From Octopus vulgaris (taxonomy: Eukaryota), in assembly GCA_951406725.2 (NCBI GenBank), contig OX597815.1, positions 48,112,001 through 48,176,000 on the forward strand: DNA of 64,000 bases, in the 5' to 3' direction. Below are positions 13,722 through 27,540 of this stretch, in pieces. A program made the position numbers and the translations under genes. Below the pieces are notes generated by a model that was not told where the DNA came from, did not search any database, and saw only the letters and a program-made list of their open reading frames with translations. Each line of letters opens with the position of its first letter. Position 1 is the stretch's first letter.

Positions 13722-13901
13722 CATACATACATATATACGATGGGCTTCTTTTCAGTTTCTGTCTACCAAATCCACTCACAAGGCTTTGGTCGGCCCAAGG
13801 CTATAGTAGAAGACACTTGCCCAAGGTGCCATGCAGTGGGACTGAACCCGGAACCATGTGGTTGGTAAGCAAGCTACTTACCACACAGCCACTCCTGCGC
13901 C
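13509..13901 (-). mobile_element. SINE family A, near full length
   Basis: High similarity to the reverse complement of 18386-18801; head ggcgcaggagtggctgtgtggtaag at the right end. Confidence 0.92.
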
Positions 13902-15389
13902 TATTGTTTATCTTTTGTTTATTTCAGTCATTAGACTGTGGTCATGCTGGGGCACCACCTTGAAAAACTTTTAGTTGAATGAATTGATCTCAGTACTTAT
14001 TTTTTAAAGCCTGGTACTTATTCTATTGGTCTCTTTTGGCTGAACTCTCAAGTTATGGAGTTGTAAACGAACCAACACTGGTTGTCAAGCAGGGGTGGGG
14101 GACAAACACATGCACAAACATACACACACACATGCACATACGAATGATGAGAATGAGTGCTCAACACTACATTGGTGGATAGAATTTCTTTGTGTATTAA
14201 GGCTAACATTGGTTTAATGTTAAGAAAAAATGTCTTAATATCCTAACAATTATTCAAGACAGTCACATGGAGGAACGGTGTTCATCTCCATATATATATG
14301 TACAATGGTCATCTTGCAGTATTTGTCTACCAAATGTACTCACAAAGCTTTGGTTAGCCTGAGGCTATAGAAGATACTTGCCCAAGGTGCCATGCTGTGA
14401 ATCTGAACCTGGAGTCATATGACAACTTGCAGTTGCTCTGGGATGCATCATCAGTGATGTTTCTTGGGTCTCAGATGGTTTGGGGTCTTTCAACAGCAGA
14501 CCTCCTTGCACAGTTGGCCTAGCTGGAGTTACTCAAGTCTTAGCTTGCAGCCTAATATTAGCAAACTGCTAGACTACCTACTTTATCCAAATGCCCCTGT
14601 ATATATGTATATGTATGTATGCATGTATGTATGTATGTACACGAGTGTGTGTGTATATTTGTGCTTACCCTTGTGATCATAGGACAGTTGCAAATGAACA
14701 TTATTATTATACAAGCAGTGTTGTTCATTTTTAGTCTTCCATAAAGAACATGTCTGGTCACAGAGAAATATTATTTTACATAGAAGTAGATTAGGTGAGT
14801 GACAGGAAGGATATCTGGGTGAAGAAAATCTGCTTCAACAAATTCCATCTGATTCATACAAACAGAAAAAAAGGGGGGCATTAAATGAAATGAGTGAGTG
14901 GATTTGGTGTGTGTATGTATATATATTATATATATATATATATGTATGTCTGTGTTTGTCTCCCCCCACTATCGCTTGACAACCAATGTTGATGTGTTTA
15001 GGTCCCTGTAACTGAGCTGTCCGAAAAGAGAGACCGATGGAATAAGTACTAGGCTTACAAAGAATAAGTCCTGGGGTTGATTTGTTTGATTAAAGGCAGT
15101 GTTCCAGCATAGCCACAGTCAAATGACTGAAACAAATAAAAGAATAAAAGAATTGGTTTTGAATTTTGGCATGCAGCCAGCAATACGTCAACCCCAGTGC
15201 TCAAGTGGTACATATTTTACTGACCCCACAAGGATGGAAAGCAAAGTCAACCCTGACAGCATTTGAACTCATAATGTAAAGTCAGAAAAAATGCACTCAG
15301 CACTTTTTTCTAGCAGAGTAACAATTCTGCCAGCTTGCTGCCTATAATGGTTCAAATTTTGGAACAGGGTCAGCAGTTTCAGAGTCAGG

Positions 15390-15790
15390 GGCAAGTCAAT
15401 TACATAGGCTTATTTTACTGATTCTGAAAGGGTGATAGGTGAAGTCAACCCAAGTGAAATTTGAACTTCAGAATGGAAAGATGGATTAAATGCTGTCAAG
15501 TATTGCATCAGTTTTGGGCTTGGGGATATGTCAATTACTTCGGCTTATTTTACTGACTGTGAAATGGTGAAAGGTAAAGTCAATCCCAGTGAAATTTGAA
15601 CTTCAGAATGGAAAGATGGATGAAATGCTGCCAAGTATTGTGTCAGGTTTGGGGTTAGGGATTAGTCAATTACTTTGACTTATTTTATTGATACTGAAAA
15701 GATGAAAGGTAAAGTTGACACCAGCAAAATTTAAACTTCAGAACAGCAATATGAATAAAATGCCACTAAGCATTGAGTCCAGCCTGCTAA
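15390..15790 (-). repeat. 135-bp tandem repeat (about 3 copies) derived from SINE family E
   Basis: gtcaattac...cttattttactga...aaatttgaacttcagaa recurs at 15395, 15530 and 15665. Confidence 0.85.
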
Positions 15791-16261
15791 CAATTCAGCC
15801 TTCAAGGAAATGAAGACAGCATATTATAGAGAGAATCTGAAGCAACCAAAACAGAATCAACTGACTGGTAGATTGCAACTAGACTCTAAACCTACAAACA
15901 AGTTAAAAAACTGACTGAAGATCTGGGAAAGATGATTGTTGTATTGGTATTTACTTGTAGTGTTCTTGATGATACATGCTAGGTGATAAAACTCCATAAA
16001 TGGATGGCAGAAGGTCTGAAGTAGCTACTTATTTCGAGATGATGTGGGATAAAAGAAGTTAGATTAGACTTCAATGAGTTACATGGACAATCTAACCCAT
16101 AGCAGCATGAATGCACAAATCTTAAAATAATTAGGTATACATGCATACACAGACACTGATGCACACACACACACATACACGTGTATATATATACATACAC
16201 ATACACACACATATATATATATATAGATAGATAGATATATACACACATACATATATGCATG

Positions 16262-16316
<55 letters not shown>

Positions 16317-17089
16317 ATATATATATGTGTGTGTGTGTATGTATGTATGTATGTATGGATGGATGGATGAATATCAACACCTCAAAAACACTCTGCAAGA
16401 ATTGTGTGTTTGTATGTATCTTGAACTGATACCTGACATACAGCAGCATAAAAGCATGTGTGTGTGTGTGTGTGTATTATGTATGTAAACACACACACAC
16501 ACATGTGCACACGTATACATAAGCACATGTAAATACATACATACACACTCACCACAAAGACATATTCAAACTTCTATGCACATCTCATGCATCATGCATA
16601 CACACACACATACACACATGTAGAGAGAAAGGTATTACAACACAGCAAAATATGCATCAAAAACACACACACACTCAGTCTCTCTCTCTCACACACACTA
16701 CCATCAACATACATACACTTACACAAATTCATAAACTTTCAGACACACACACATACACAATGTCCTAAAATGATGATACATTAAGACAACCTTCATTACA
16801 CATACCAAATCTTCTCTCTCTTTCACAGATGTCTTCTACCATTTCCACACCAGGCTGTGTTCTCATGTTCTAATGTGCCAATTCCACTTCTGCAGTTTGT
16901 CACAAAATTACAAAACAATCTACTACAAAGGCAACCAGAAGTAGATAGCTGCACTTTGTCTAACAATGAGATAAGAGAGGCTTCCATCCATCACCAGATA
17001 CAGGAATATACAAACACATACATTAATTACAGAGTCGGAATGAGATCTAACTGTCTGTCAGTTTCTCCCTCTTTCCATCTATATATATA

Positions 17090-17154
<65 letters not shown>

Positions 17155-17511
17155 TCATCATCATCGTATATATGAATATACATACATACACATATATACA
17201 AACATACATTTATATACATACATATATATATATATATACATACACAAATATTCATACATATATATGGTTGCATGAGCTAAGGCTCTACTGGTACTGGAAT
17301 ACATACACATACAAATGGACACGTATATGCAAACATTGTCAGGTGTATGTGTGTACACAAACATATAAGCACACACACACACTCACACAGAGATATACAT
17401 AGATACAAATATTATAACAGGAATGTACAGGAATACACAAGTACACATACTGGCCTGTAAACCCAATGATGTTTGCATGTGCTTATACACATATACACAT
17501 GTTTGTGTGTC

Positions 17512-17555
<44 letters not shown>

Positions 17556-18385
17556 CATACATATACATACATACACACACACACTTACATATGGCTAAGG
17601 AACAAGACAGCTGAAATCAGCAACATCAAATAAATGGGTAAGAGAAATAGGATAATTGCTTCTTAAAATCTGCACTTTGTACCATTACACACACACACAC
17701 ACACACACATTTATGTGCACGTGCACACACACACATACACAGAAAGTATAGAGAGTCCTCTTTTGATTTTCTTGATCCTTCCATTTGATGTGGCACCAAG
17801 AAGGTTTTCTGCAGGGGTTAGTTAGGAAGTGGGGGTGTGTGTGAAGAGAAAGCAAGGGAGGGGGATTTTTTCCTTGACTTAAGATCATAAGGATGAAGAA
17901 AGGTTGTAATCAGTGGACCTACAGGTGTTGGCAAGTGATCGTTAGGATTGTTGACGAGAGCATTTCCTTTGGCTGTCAATGATTAAGCATGCTCAGCACC
18001 AACGCTTTTTCGCATGTTATCGCACCGTCACAGCCCACCCCCTCTTCCCCCACCCACCTATCTAGAATCATATGGAAGTCCTGGTAAATTCATTAGACAG
18101 CAGGAATACATCTCAACAGTGCCTAACTGCACAAGTTAAGCTGTTCTCTCGACAACAACATGAATATAACACAAACTGGTCGGTTAATACTCACAAATAC
18201 TGTCGTCTCATTTTGTACAGTCCAATATCAACCTTGATCAAAGACATTCTAGGTGTGACCATACTATCTTTTTAGGGTTGGTTATCTAGCACTACATTAT
18301 CTGATGTGTCTTTCTCTACTGTAAGAGTGTATGATGTGATTTGAAGAAGATTTTTGGCTGCTATTTCTAGCATGTCTTTTATATA

Positions 18386-18801
18386 GGTGTAGGAGTGGCT
18401 GTGTGGTAAGTAACTTGCTTACCAACCACATGGTTCCGAGTTCAGTCCCACTGCGTGGCACCTTGGGCAAGTGTCTTCTACTATAGCCTCGGGCCGACCA
18501 AAGCTTTGTGAGTGGATTTGGTAGACGGAAACTGAAAGAAGCCCATCGTATATATGTATATGTATATATATGTGTGTGTATATGTTTGTGTGTCTGTGTT
18601 TGTCCCCCCAACATTGCTTGACAACTGATGCTGGTGTGTTTACGTCCTCGTAACTTAGCAGTTCGGCAAAAGACACCGATCGAATTAGTACTAGGTTTAC
18701 AAAGAATAAGTCCTGGGGTCGATTTGTTCAACTAAAAGCGGTGCTCCAGCATAGCCACAGTCAAATGACTGAAACAAGTAAAAGAGTAAAAGAAAAGAGT
18801 A
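18386..18801 (+). mobile_element. tRNA-derived SINE family A, full length (octopus-type SINE)
   Basis: A-box-like tggctgtgtgg, B-box-like gagttcagtccc, CORE-like ggcaccttgggcaagtgtctt, internal (TA/TG)n, (AAAAGAG)n tail; about 20 further full or partial copies in the window. Confidence 0.92.
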
Positions 18802-20644
18802 TTAGGTAACAAGATTAGTCGTATACTTTTATTCTACTGCATTAACTGAATGTGTTTTACAGCTGTATTTAACAGTTTAACAGAATACTTCATAAATTTA
18901 AGTCACTGTATAACATAACAACAAATCTCAGTTTTATTTCACAGTTTAACAGTATTACATATCTCAGTTTTATTTTACTGTAAAAAGAAAACCCATCTTT
19001 TTTCATTTTGCCACATGAAATAAAAAAATAAGGCATATTTATTTCACTATGTTGCACAATGAAGTCTAACATGTTTATTTCATTAAGTTATGGTCATAAG
19101 TGGTGGCGACATTTTTGTCATCATCATCATCATCATCATCATTTTTAAAATCTACTTTTTCACACTTGCATGGTCAGACAAAATTAGTTATGGCTGGTTT
19201 TCTGTGGCTGAATGTTTTTTCCAGTCACCCGTTTCCAAGCAAAGTAATACTTCCCCAATCCTTTTAACAGGAACAGATCAATGGCCAGACATGTTTCCAC
19301 AGAAGATAGCAAACAAATGATACCCTCTTTGTACAATGTTGGCTTTGTTTACTATCAATGGGCAAATGTCAAGACAAGGACACACACACACATTTATAGG
19401 TTTTACAGGTATGCCCTATGTTAGGACTCACTCAAGCTATGGGATTGCCTACTTACATTTATTCTAAAGTATAACTGACTGACTTCCCTGTCTCTCTCTC
19501 TCTTTCTCGCCATACACACACTAATACACACACACACATACACTCAAATCAATCTCCACCACCACTATTATCTACCACAAACACTAATACAACCACTGCC
19601 TGATTATCAATCCACCAGCTCGTTAATGATCAGTAACAATGGTAATGAACAAGGTAAGCAACTTCATCTAAAATAGAAGATAATTACATCAGATAATGTG
19701 CTAACTTAGAGCATTTCTAATGCTGAGTGAAACGCTTTTGATCCTAGATCAATAGGAATTGACTTGAAACAGCAACAACAATACAATTAGCAAGAATAAT
19801 ATGACTCCTGCAACCCTGAATAATAAACCCTGCCATTACCATCTCCATTTTGATCCACACCAAAACAAATATAACCAAGATAGCCAACTTTACCAACCCA
19901 TCACCTTTTGAATAACCAACTAGCAACAACAATAATAATAGCTGTAAAACAGGAATGTCTATAACTACATATGTTATATGTCAATACAAGGGTGTATGAG
20001 TATGTGTGAAATTTTTATGGCTCAAGTCAGTGGTACAAAGGTCAAAATACTCATGTACTCATACAGTACTTCCTTTCACTTCACTTCTTCACCCTTTAGT
20101 CCTCTCATATTCATTCTTATATATACAAGAATAAAACTAGATTTTGCTCCCACAAACTATTCCTATTCTTTCTTGGTGCTGTTCTTTTTTACAATATATT
20201 TGTTGTGGATAATTGTTGGTCATTGCCACTGTTGGATTTACATACAGTTCAAGATGGAACTGAATTGTATGGTGAAAAGGAACCATAAAAGGATTACAGT
20301 ATAAAACTTGATGCTTTAAAAGGCTTGATGTAAGAGAAAAAAAATTAACCACAATGCTAAAACATTAAAGCTTGCAATGTCTGCAGTGTGAACAATATGT
20401 GACTACAGAGAGTAAATTAAGTGCTCAAGAATCTGCTCCATCAACTGCTTGGACTTTATTTTGTCATAGATCTAATGCGATGCTTAAAATGGTAAAATGG
20501 AAGGGTTCTTGAGTGTATGGATCAAGGTACAGACTCTACACAATGTACCGATAAGCCCAATGGTAATTAAAGCAAAAGATAAGACCTGGTATAATGATTT
20601 GCAAAAAAAAGAAGGCAAATAAATTGAGCAGCAATACAAGCTTT

Positions 20645-20675
<31 letters not shown>

Positions 20676-23600
20676 TAGAATAAGAAAAAAGAGAAGAGAG
20701 TGAAGGAAAGAAAGAAGAGGTGAGAAAGATAGTGAGGTATACAAAAAGAGAGAGGGAAAAAGAGTGAGAAAGATAGAAGGGGCCACACCTTGAGGGAGAG
20801 ACGGAGAGAGAAGTGGCTGGATGTAAATGCTATACAGGACATAAAAGAAAGGAACAAAGGTAATTATAAAGGAATAAAAAGAAACAGAGTTGGTTGGGGG
20901 AAGTGATATAATAATTATTTTGAGAGGAGAAAAAGCAATAAAAAAGAGAAAAGGGGCTGAGAATTTTTGGAACATTGCTTGTCCAGATAACAGCAGATAT
21001 AGCAATAGTAATGGTGATGATGTTGATGGTAGTGATGTTGTTGTTGGTGGTGATGGTGGAAGTGTTGGTACCAGTTATTAACATACAGGATGCAAAGAAC
21101 TTCAGCAACAGTACAAGAGCAATAGTAGTAACAATGTGAAGTATTTCTTTCATTCACGTTATCTCCTCCCACCCAGGCACTTTTTTGCTAATGTACAATT
21201 GAAGGTCAAAGCCAGGCAAGTCAAAGGGAGACAGGTAAGAATAAGGAGCGGCAAGAGTGGAGAGAAGGAACAAGTGAATTTGATAGTAAAACATTCCAAG
21301 ATGGAAATTTGAGAGAGAAGGGCACACACAACCACACACACACAGATAATTAGAGAGAGAGAGAGAAAGTATGTGTGTGTGTGTGTGTGTGTGCATATAC
21401 ATACTCACGCACACAATATATATATACACCAATCAGACAATGCTTCATACAAACTATACTAATATATGTCTAAGTGCAGAAGTGAGTTAAGGGAAATAAC
21501 TCAAGTGGGCCATTTAGATAATTCAAATAAATGTTCATGGCTTACACACACACAAATTGATATGAATTGAATTTTTCCACTTAGTTAAGAGATAGAAAGC
21601 AAAAAAAAAACCTAACAATAAATAACAGTGACTCTTGAAGAAAAGGGTGAGAGAATTTCATGAAATTAAAAATTAATTTCACAGAAAACTGAATTTCTAT
21701 TTTTCGTAGGAAAATGTTTGTCAGCTGGTGATCTGATAGCTACAGACATGCTTCAGTCTTATTTCACCTCATCAGCAAACCAAAGCCATCTACAGCCTTG
21801 CTTTGATCAGTGGATATAGATTTTTACAGGTAGCAAAAGCAACATTAAGAAATAATAGAAGTGGCCTAATAGCAAGAACTTCGATAATTCAGGTAAGTGT
21901 TGTCTTTCTCCAAGAAAGTGACATATTTCAATTTGTATGGCATCACTCTCGCTGTGTGATACCTTGGATGAGTATCTTCTATCATAGTCCTGTGTTGGCC
22001 AAAGCCTTGTAAGTGGATTTGGGAGGTAGAAACTGGACGAATCCTGACACATATATATATGTGTGTGTGTGTATGTGTGAGTGCATGCATGTGAGTGTGT
22101 GTGTGTGTGACTGTCTCCTTGTCTTGACTTTGTGTGATGGCTGTAAATGAATATCACCAATATGCAAGCAGTGTCCTTTGTTTCCAATCTTCCTTGAAAA
22201 TATGTCTGGTCATGAGGAAGTACTATGTTACTTGCAATCAGCTGAGGGTTGGCAACAGGAAGGGCATCCAACTTTAGAAAAATCCACCTCAACAAATTCC
22301 ATCCAACCCCTATGAGTATAGAAAAGTGGCCATTAAAATGGTAATGATGATGACGAGGATGATGATATCGATGATGATGCCAATGATGATGGTGATGAAA
22401 AGGAATTTTTTGCATGCATCCCGAACAAATTCTAATTGACCCAGACAAGCATGGAGAAGCAGTCGTTAAAACGATGATGATCATGATCATGATGAAAAGG
22501 ATTTTGTCTTGCATGCGTCATTTAATACAACACCACCTACAGCAGGTGGTGGAGTGGGAGATAGGTGGCATGGAGGAAAGAAAGGTGTTTTCTGGTGGAA
22601 TAGTGTATGTGTGTGTGTGGGGGGGAACTGGATGAAGTGTGTTGCACAAAAGAAGTGGACAAAGAGGAACATTGTAAAGTGAAAGAGTGACTAAGAATCT
22701 TATATACATGCTTTTCGCAACATAATAGAAACTTTTGTCTTTCATGGAGTATCAATGCTTTCAGAGAGAATAACAGTTTTTCACACAGTTGTACTTTTAT
22801 TAGTTTCAGATTTTGGCACAAGGTCAGCAATTTCGGGAGTGGGGTAAGTTGATACATTTTCCCCCTAACCCCACCCGAAATGCTCAGTTGGTACCTATTT
22901 TATCGACCCCGAAAGGATGAAAGACAAAGTTGACATTGGTGGAATTTGAACTCAGAACACAGAGTACTATTATTATCATGGAGTGTGAATGTTTTCAGTG
23001 AAGATCATTTTTTTTTCCCATAGAATACCATGTTTATTTCAAATACCATTTCCAAAGAGTATCACTGTTTCCATGCTTCCTCTTTAAATGGAAATAATTT
23101 TATTTAAATATATTTATCTTTTCTGAGTCTCCCTTCTTTTTGTTTGCTTAATCTTAGGCTAAACCTGAACAGACATATGATCAAAGGTGTTCAGCCATGA
23201 CCATCCTGCCTATTTTTTAGATAGAGAACAGGGTATAATTTGATGAAGGCTTGGCTGCTTTTTATTACAAGTCAAGCAACCAAATAGATACTAACTAGTT
23301 AGTGCTTGCCAAGTGCTGCCACAATGGTTCCTGACCCTCTGAAATAACAAGTTTTGTGCACACTACCGCCATCTATACCCACCTAATGTAGCTGCATCTC
23401 CTCATCCTTACAGCACCTCATCCCAAGAACCTGTTTTAAATGATTTGCTCCAATGTTTTACTCTCAACTAACTTAACCATGCTTCTCAATGGACACCACA
23501 ACAGACATTCAAGTTGTTCTTAAACAACCTGGATGGTCCTCTAAGAGCTGTCTATGGGTATAAATTATTTTCCTCGACCACTTTATTAAAAATAACATTT

Positions 23601-24017
23601 TATAAAAAAAGGTAAAAACTACCAACTTGGAGGATGGGTATAAATGTTTATTGACTTTCAGTTCTTGATTGGTACTTATTTTATCAGACCCAAAAAGACC
23701 ATGAACAAATGCAAGTACAAATTTGTGGCCTTGTGCCTATGAATAACCTATCTATCAAAGAAAGGATATGAAGTGATATGCTGGATAGTTCTAGAAATTA
23801 AGACATTGCTGAGGCAGGTGTTTTGTAATGCTAGCCACTCAGCTATGACATTTAAGATGGATTGATTGAAGCAAGCAGAGTAATGTAGAATACTTAAAAA
23901 ATATGAAGAAAAACAAAAATTTTAAAAACCCACAAAAACTGTAAGGTGATTAACTCAAGTGTCTTCACCACAGGAATATCTGACTGTAAACCAAATAAAT
24001 ACTGAAAACTATCTCAA

Positions 24018-24621
24018 CCCTTTCAATACAAAACTGCCTGAGACCATCCCTGGTTTTATGATACAATCTCCTTGTTTTAGAATGATCTGAATTAAAAACT
24101 TCAATCAAAATTTCATGGTAATTTCTGTTCCTAACACCATCTTAAAAATAAGTAAACTATTTTACTAAATCTCTCTATATATAAAGCTGAAGTTGTCTGT
24201 GTATGGCAGGTTTTGTAGCCTTCAACTAACACTATCTCCTCCGAGACCTTGTGGCGCAAATTGAGAGAATGATATTAGAAGGCTTGCTCTTCCTTCCATA
24301 GAAGAAAAAATTAAAATCGGACCATGTTAACACCAAAAATTATTTACATCAAAAAGGTGCTCTTTTTCTATGAAAATCCCTATTTTTTACGATTTTTTGA
24401 CTGCTGTGTCACCATTTTTCGGTGTATTTCAACCAGAAAAATGTTCACTTAAAGAGAATAACAAGCTACATAATGCAAAATTTTTACTTTTCAAAAATTC
24501 CAATTCTAAAGAGTTAAATCAAACCCGAGCAATGCTGGGCGATACTACTAGTTCTTCATTATTTTCAAAATGAATTGAAATGAAGACAGTGTGTTTCAAA
24601 AGAGATATGGTAACGAAAGGG
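24018..24621. mobile_element. piggyBac-type MITE interrupted by a Helitron
   Basis: Termini ccctttc...gaaaggg, right flank TTAA, left flank TCAA; homologous to 36159-36379. Confidence 0.75.
24170..24551 (+). mobile_element. Non-autonomous Helitron
   Basis: 5' TC(TCTCTATATATAAAG), 3' hairpin cccgagcaatgctggg then CTAG; inserted between A and T with no TSD. Confidence 0.85.
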
Positions 24622-24774
24622 TTAATCAAGTAATTTATCACTATCATTATCAAAATACCATCCTACCTGTTATGATATAGGCTTAGATAATCAAGTCATT
24701 AGAAAATCAGCCCCACCTTTACTTATATTATTAGTACCAACAGTCCTTGAACCCATAGATACTCCATATCTTTT

Positions 24775-25100
24775 GTCTTTTATCTTTTACTTGTTTCAGT
24801 CATTAGACTGCAGCCATGCTGGGGCACTGCTTTGAAGAACTCTTAGTTGAATGTGCTGAACCTGGTACTTATTCTACCAGTATCTTTTGCTGAACTGCTA
24901 AGTTATGGAAACGTAAACACACCAGCACTGGTTGTCAAGCAATGTGGGTGGGGACAAGCACTGACACAAAGACACACACATACATATACAATGGGCTTCT
25001 TTCAGTTTCCATCCACCAAATCCATTCACAAGGCTTTGATTGGCTTGAGCTGTAACCATGTGATTGGGAAGCAAGCTTCTTAGCACATAGCCACAAGCAG
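24775..25100 (-). mobile_element. SINE family A (diverged)
   Basis: Reverse-complement match to family A. Confidence 0.85.
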
Positions 25101-26195
25101 ATTTCCAGTGAAGGTAATCTGGCACTTTTCTATTCTGCTATAAAGCAAACCCCTTTATTTAAGGGCAGAGACTTGGATACAGACTATACTGAAGTCTGTG
25201 GGTTACTGAATACTTTTCTAAACAATGAAAAACGGTTGCTTTGCAGATTTAAGCAAAAGATAAACTGTTATTGGAAAGCCTTACAAAACTGCAGTCATTT
25301 AAAAAAACAAAAAGCAACTTTAAACTTCTTTTGGTGGGAGTGCTAGTAAACTGATTGAATCAGCTCTCATATGTGAATAGCATTCAAATTATCAAATCTG
25401 AAGGGTTGACAGTTAAAGGTAACTTTGGTGAGATTGAACACAATATAAAAAAGATAGAAACTAAACACTACCAAGTATTTTCTGACATTCAACAACTCTA
25501 TATTGAAAATAATTAAGAAAATTACACATTAGCAATAGTTCATTTAAATTTATTTCTAGATATTTTTTGCTTAATACCTTAATCAAAGGAGTAAAGATGG
25601 TGCTTATGATCATTTCAAGTACCTAAGAGATGGATTAGCGAAAGGGTGGAGTGAAGTCTGCTAAAAGTCTCCAAGGGCCTAGTAGCAGTGGTGGCATTAA
25701 TAAAAGTGTGTGACATATTAAATCTGCCACCCAAGAATAGAAAAGGTTCCTCAGACAGCTTCCCTCTGAATCACCCTTTTACAAGATTTCATTCACAAGG
25801 CTTTGGGTGGCCTGAATGTATAGTAGAAGACACAATCCCAAAGGTGTTGTATAGTGAGATCAAATCCAAAAGCACACAGTTCTAAAGCAAACATTTTAAC
25901 AACACAGTCAGGCCTGAATCCATAAATATGTCCTGCTCCAAAAATATCCCAGGGCAGATAATCACCAATATTTATAGGTTTCTAACTTTTGGCCTCCACC
26001 TGCAAAAGTGAGTTTTTCTAATACCAAAAGACTATTCTTTACAATAAATAAATAAATAAAAGCTAAATAAAAAGACTGAAATTCTCCTCTTCCCACCAGA
26101 TCTATTCCAAACAACTTCAGAAGAAAAATAAAATGAGAGTAGGAATCATATAAAATTCTTCTGTTTTGCTCACCAAATAGATATCCTATCCTGTC

Positions 26196-26314
26196 CTATG
26201 AGACAGTTTGATACAACACAACATCTACCAAACAGCAGGCACCAATAGACAACAAACATCCTCCAAAGAAGATTCTGCCTAATCTGTTTGCCTTCATTGC
26301 ATGCAGACCCCCCA
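26196..26314 (-). CDS. Candidate exon encoding a hydrophobic C-terminal tail (GGLHAMKANRLGRIFFGGCLLSIGACCLVDVVLYQTVS*)
   Basis: Long pyrimidine tract and ctttatcttag acceptor; non-repetitive sequence; a second frame is open to a gtgagc donor at 26173 (141-nt exon). No homology recognised. Confidence 0.3.
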
Positions 26315-27309
26315 CTAAGATAAAGCAGATATATGGAGAGGAGAAAAAAAAAACTCAAAAAATAAAAACACACCGCCAAAAAACAAAACAAAAACAAACA
26401 AAACAAATATGCCATAGTATAATCAAAGATAATATATAGATTTTTGTTTTTCTTGCTTTTATTTTAGTATTTTATCTCCTCTTTCTTGTTTTTAGTTTGT
26501 AATTGTTGTTGTTGCTGCTGCTGCTGCTGCTATTGCTGTTGCCACTGTGACTTTTGGTTTTGTTTTTCATAAAAATTAGATCCACATATGAGAATATATG
26601 AGATAAATGAAAGGCAATATCAATAAGAGAAACAGTTTGTCGTTATTTTCAATTATCATTATCGGTAGCATCTGCTCTAATGGCTGCAATTACACATTCT
26701 ACAGCATCAATACCATGGTGTTAAGAACAAACATATACATATATATATAAAATAAATACATATATATGTATGCATATGAATGTATGTAAAAGACAATATA
26801 ACTACAAGGCAGTGAGAAATTTGAGATTATTTTTCTTTTTTTTAAAATTCTGAGCAATCTACTATTCAATATGAACCCAATATAAATGTTTGCAAGACAA
26901 CAAGACAAACCATTGCACTAACAAATGCAGAGGTACTTCCCCAATCCCATCGCTAATGCTTCCATATACCACCATCTACCTCTACACAGTTTACTACCTT
27001 GGGCCAGAAAAAAAAAATGAGGGCACTGACAGCTTGTTTATCAGTCTCTTGGGTTTGTTGCTACCAAGCAATTCTTTAATCCAGATGTGATAGAAAAAGC
27101 CATAGTAGACTCTGTTATTCCTCGGTGCTTACTTTCTCTGGTCCTTGTGTGCCAGACATAAACCATATTACCACATTATATTCTCTACCCTGCACTGCTG
27201 ATGTCAATGTCTATGATAACATGTTTGTGAAAGTGTACACATTGTTGGACTGGTGCCAACAAAACCAAGTTAGCTTTAACATACATGTACTCACACATAG
27301 TTCTTTTCA

Positions 27310-27346
27310 ATGTATGCACGTATGTATATATGTGTGTGCTTGTATG

Positions 27347-27377
<31 letters not shown>

Positions 27378-27476
27378 GTATGTATATATGACTGAATGTA
27401 TATTCACATACATTTAAATACATATCTATATATGCACATGCAAATACACATATACACAGACATATATGTGCGTGTG

Positions 27477-27540
<64 letters not shown>

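Noticed and set aside
16829-17070. Plus-strand acceptor and open frame leading into the 181-aa ORF
   Set aside because: No donor found; the frame runs into (TA)n; no recognisable domain
18386-18460. tRNA gene
   Set aside because: A/B-box-like motifs belong to SINE heads; no cloverleaf evident
21755-21780. Minus-strand CTGATGA-GGT-GAAA as a hammerhead
   Set aside because: Only 3 nt between the core motifs, so stem II cannot form
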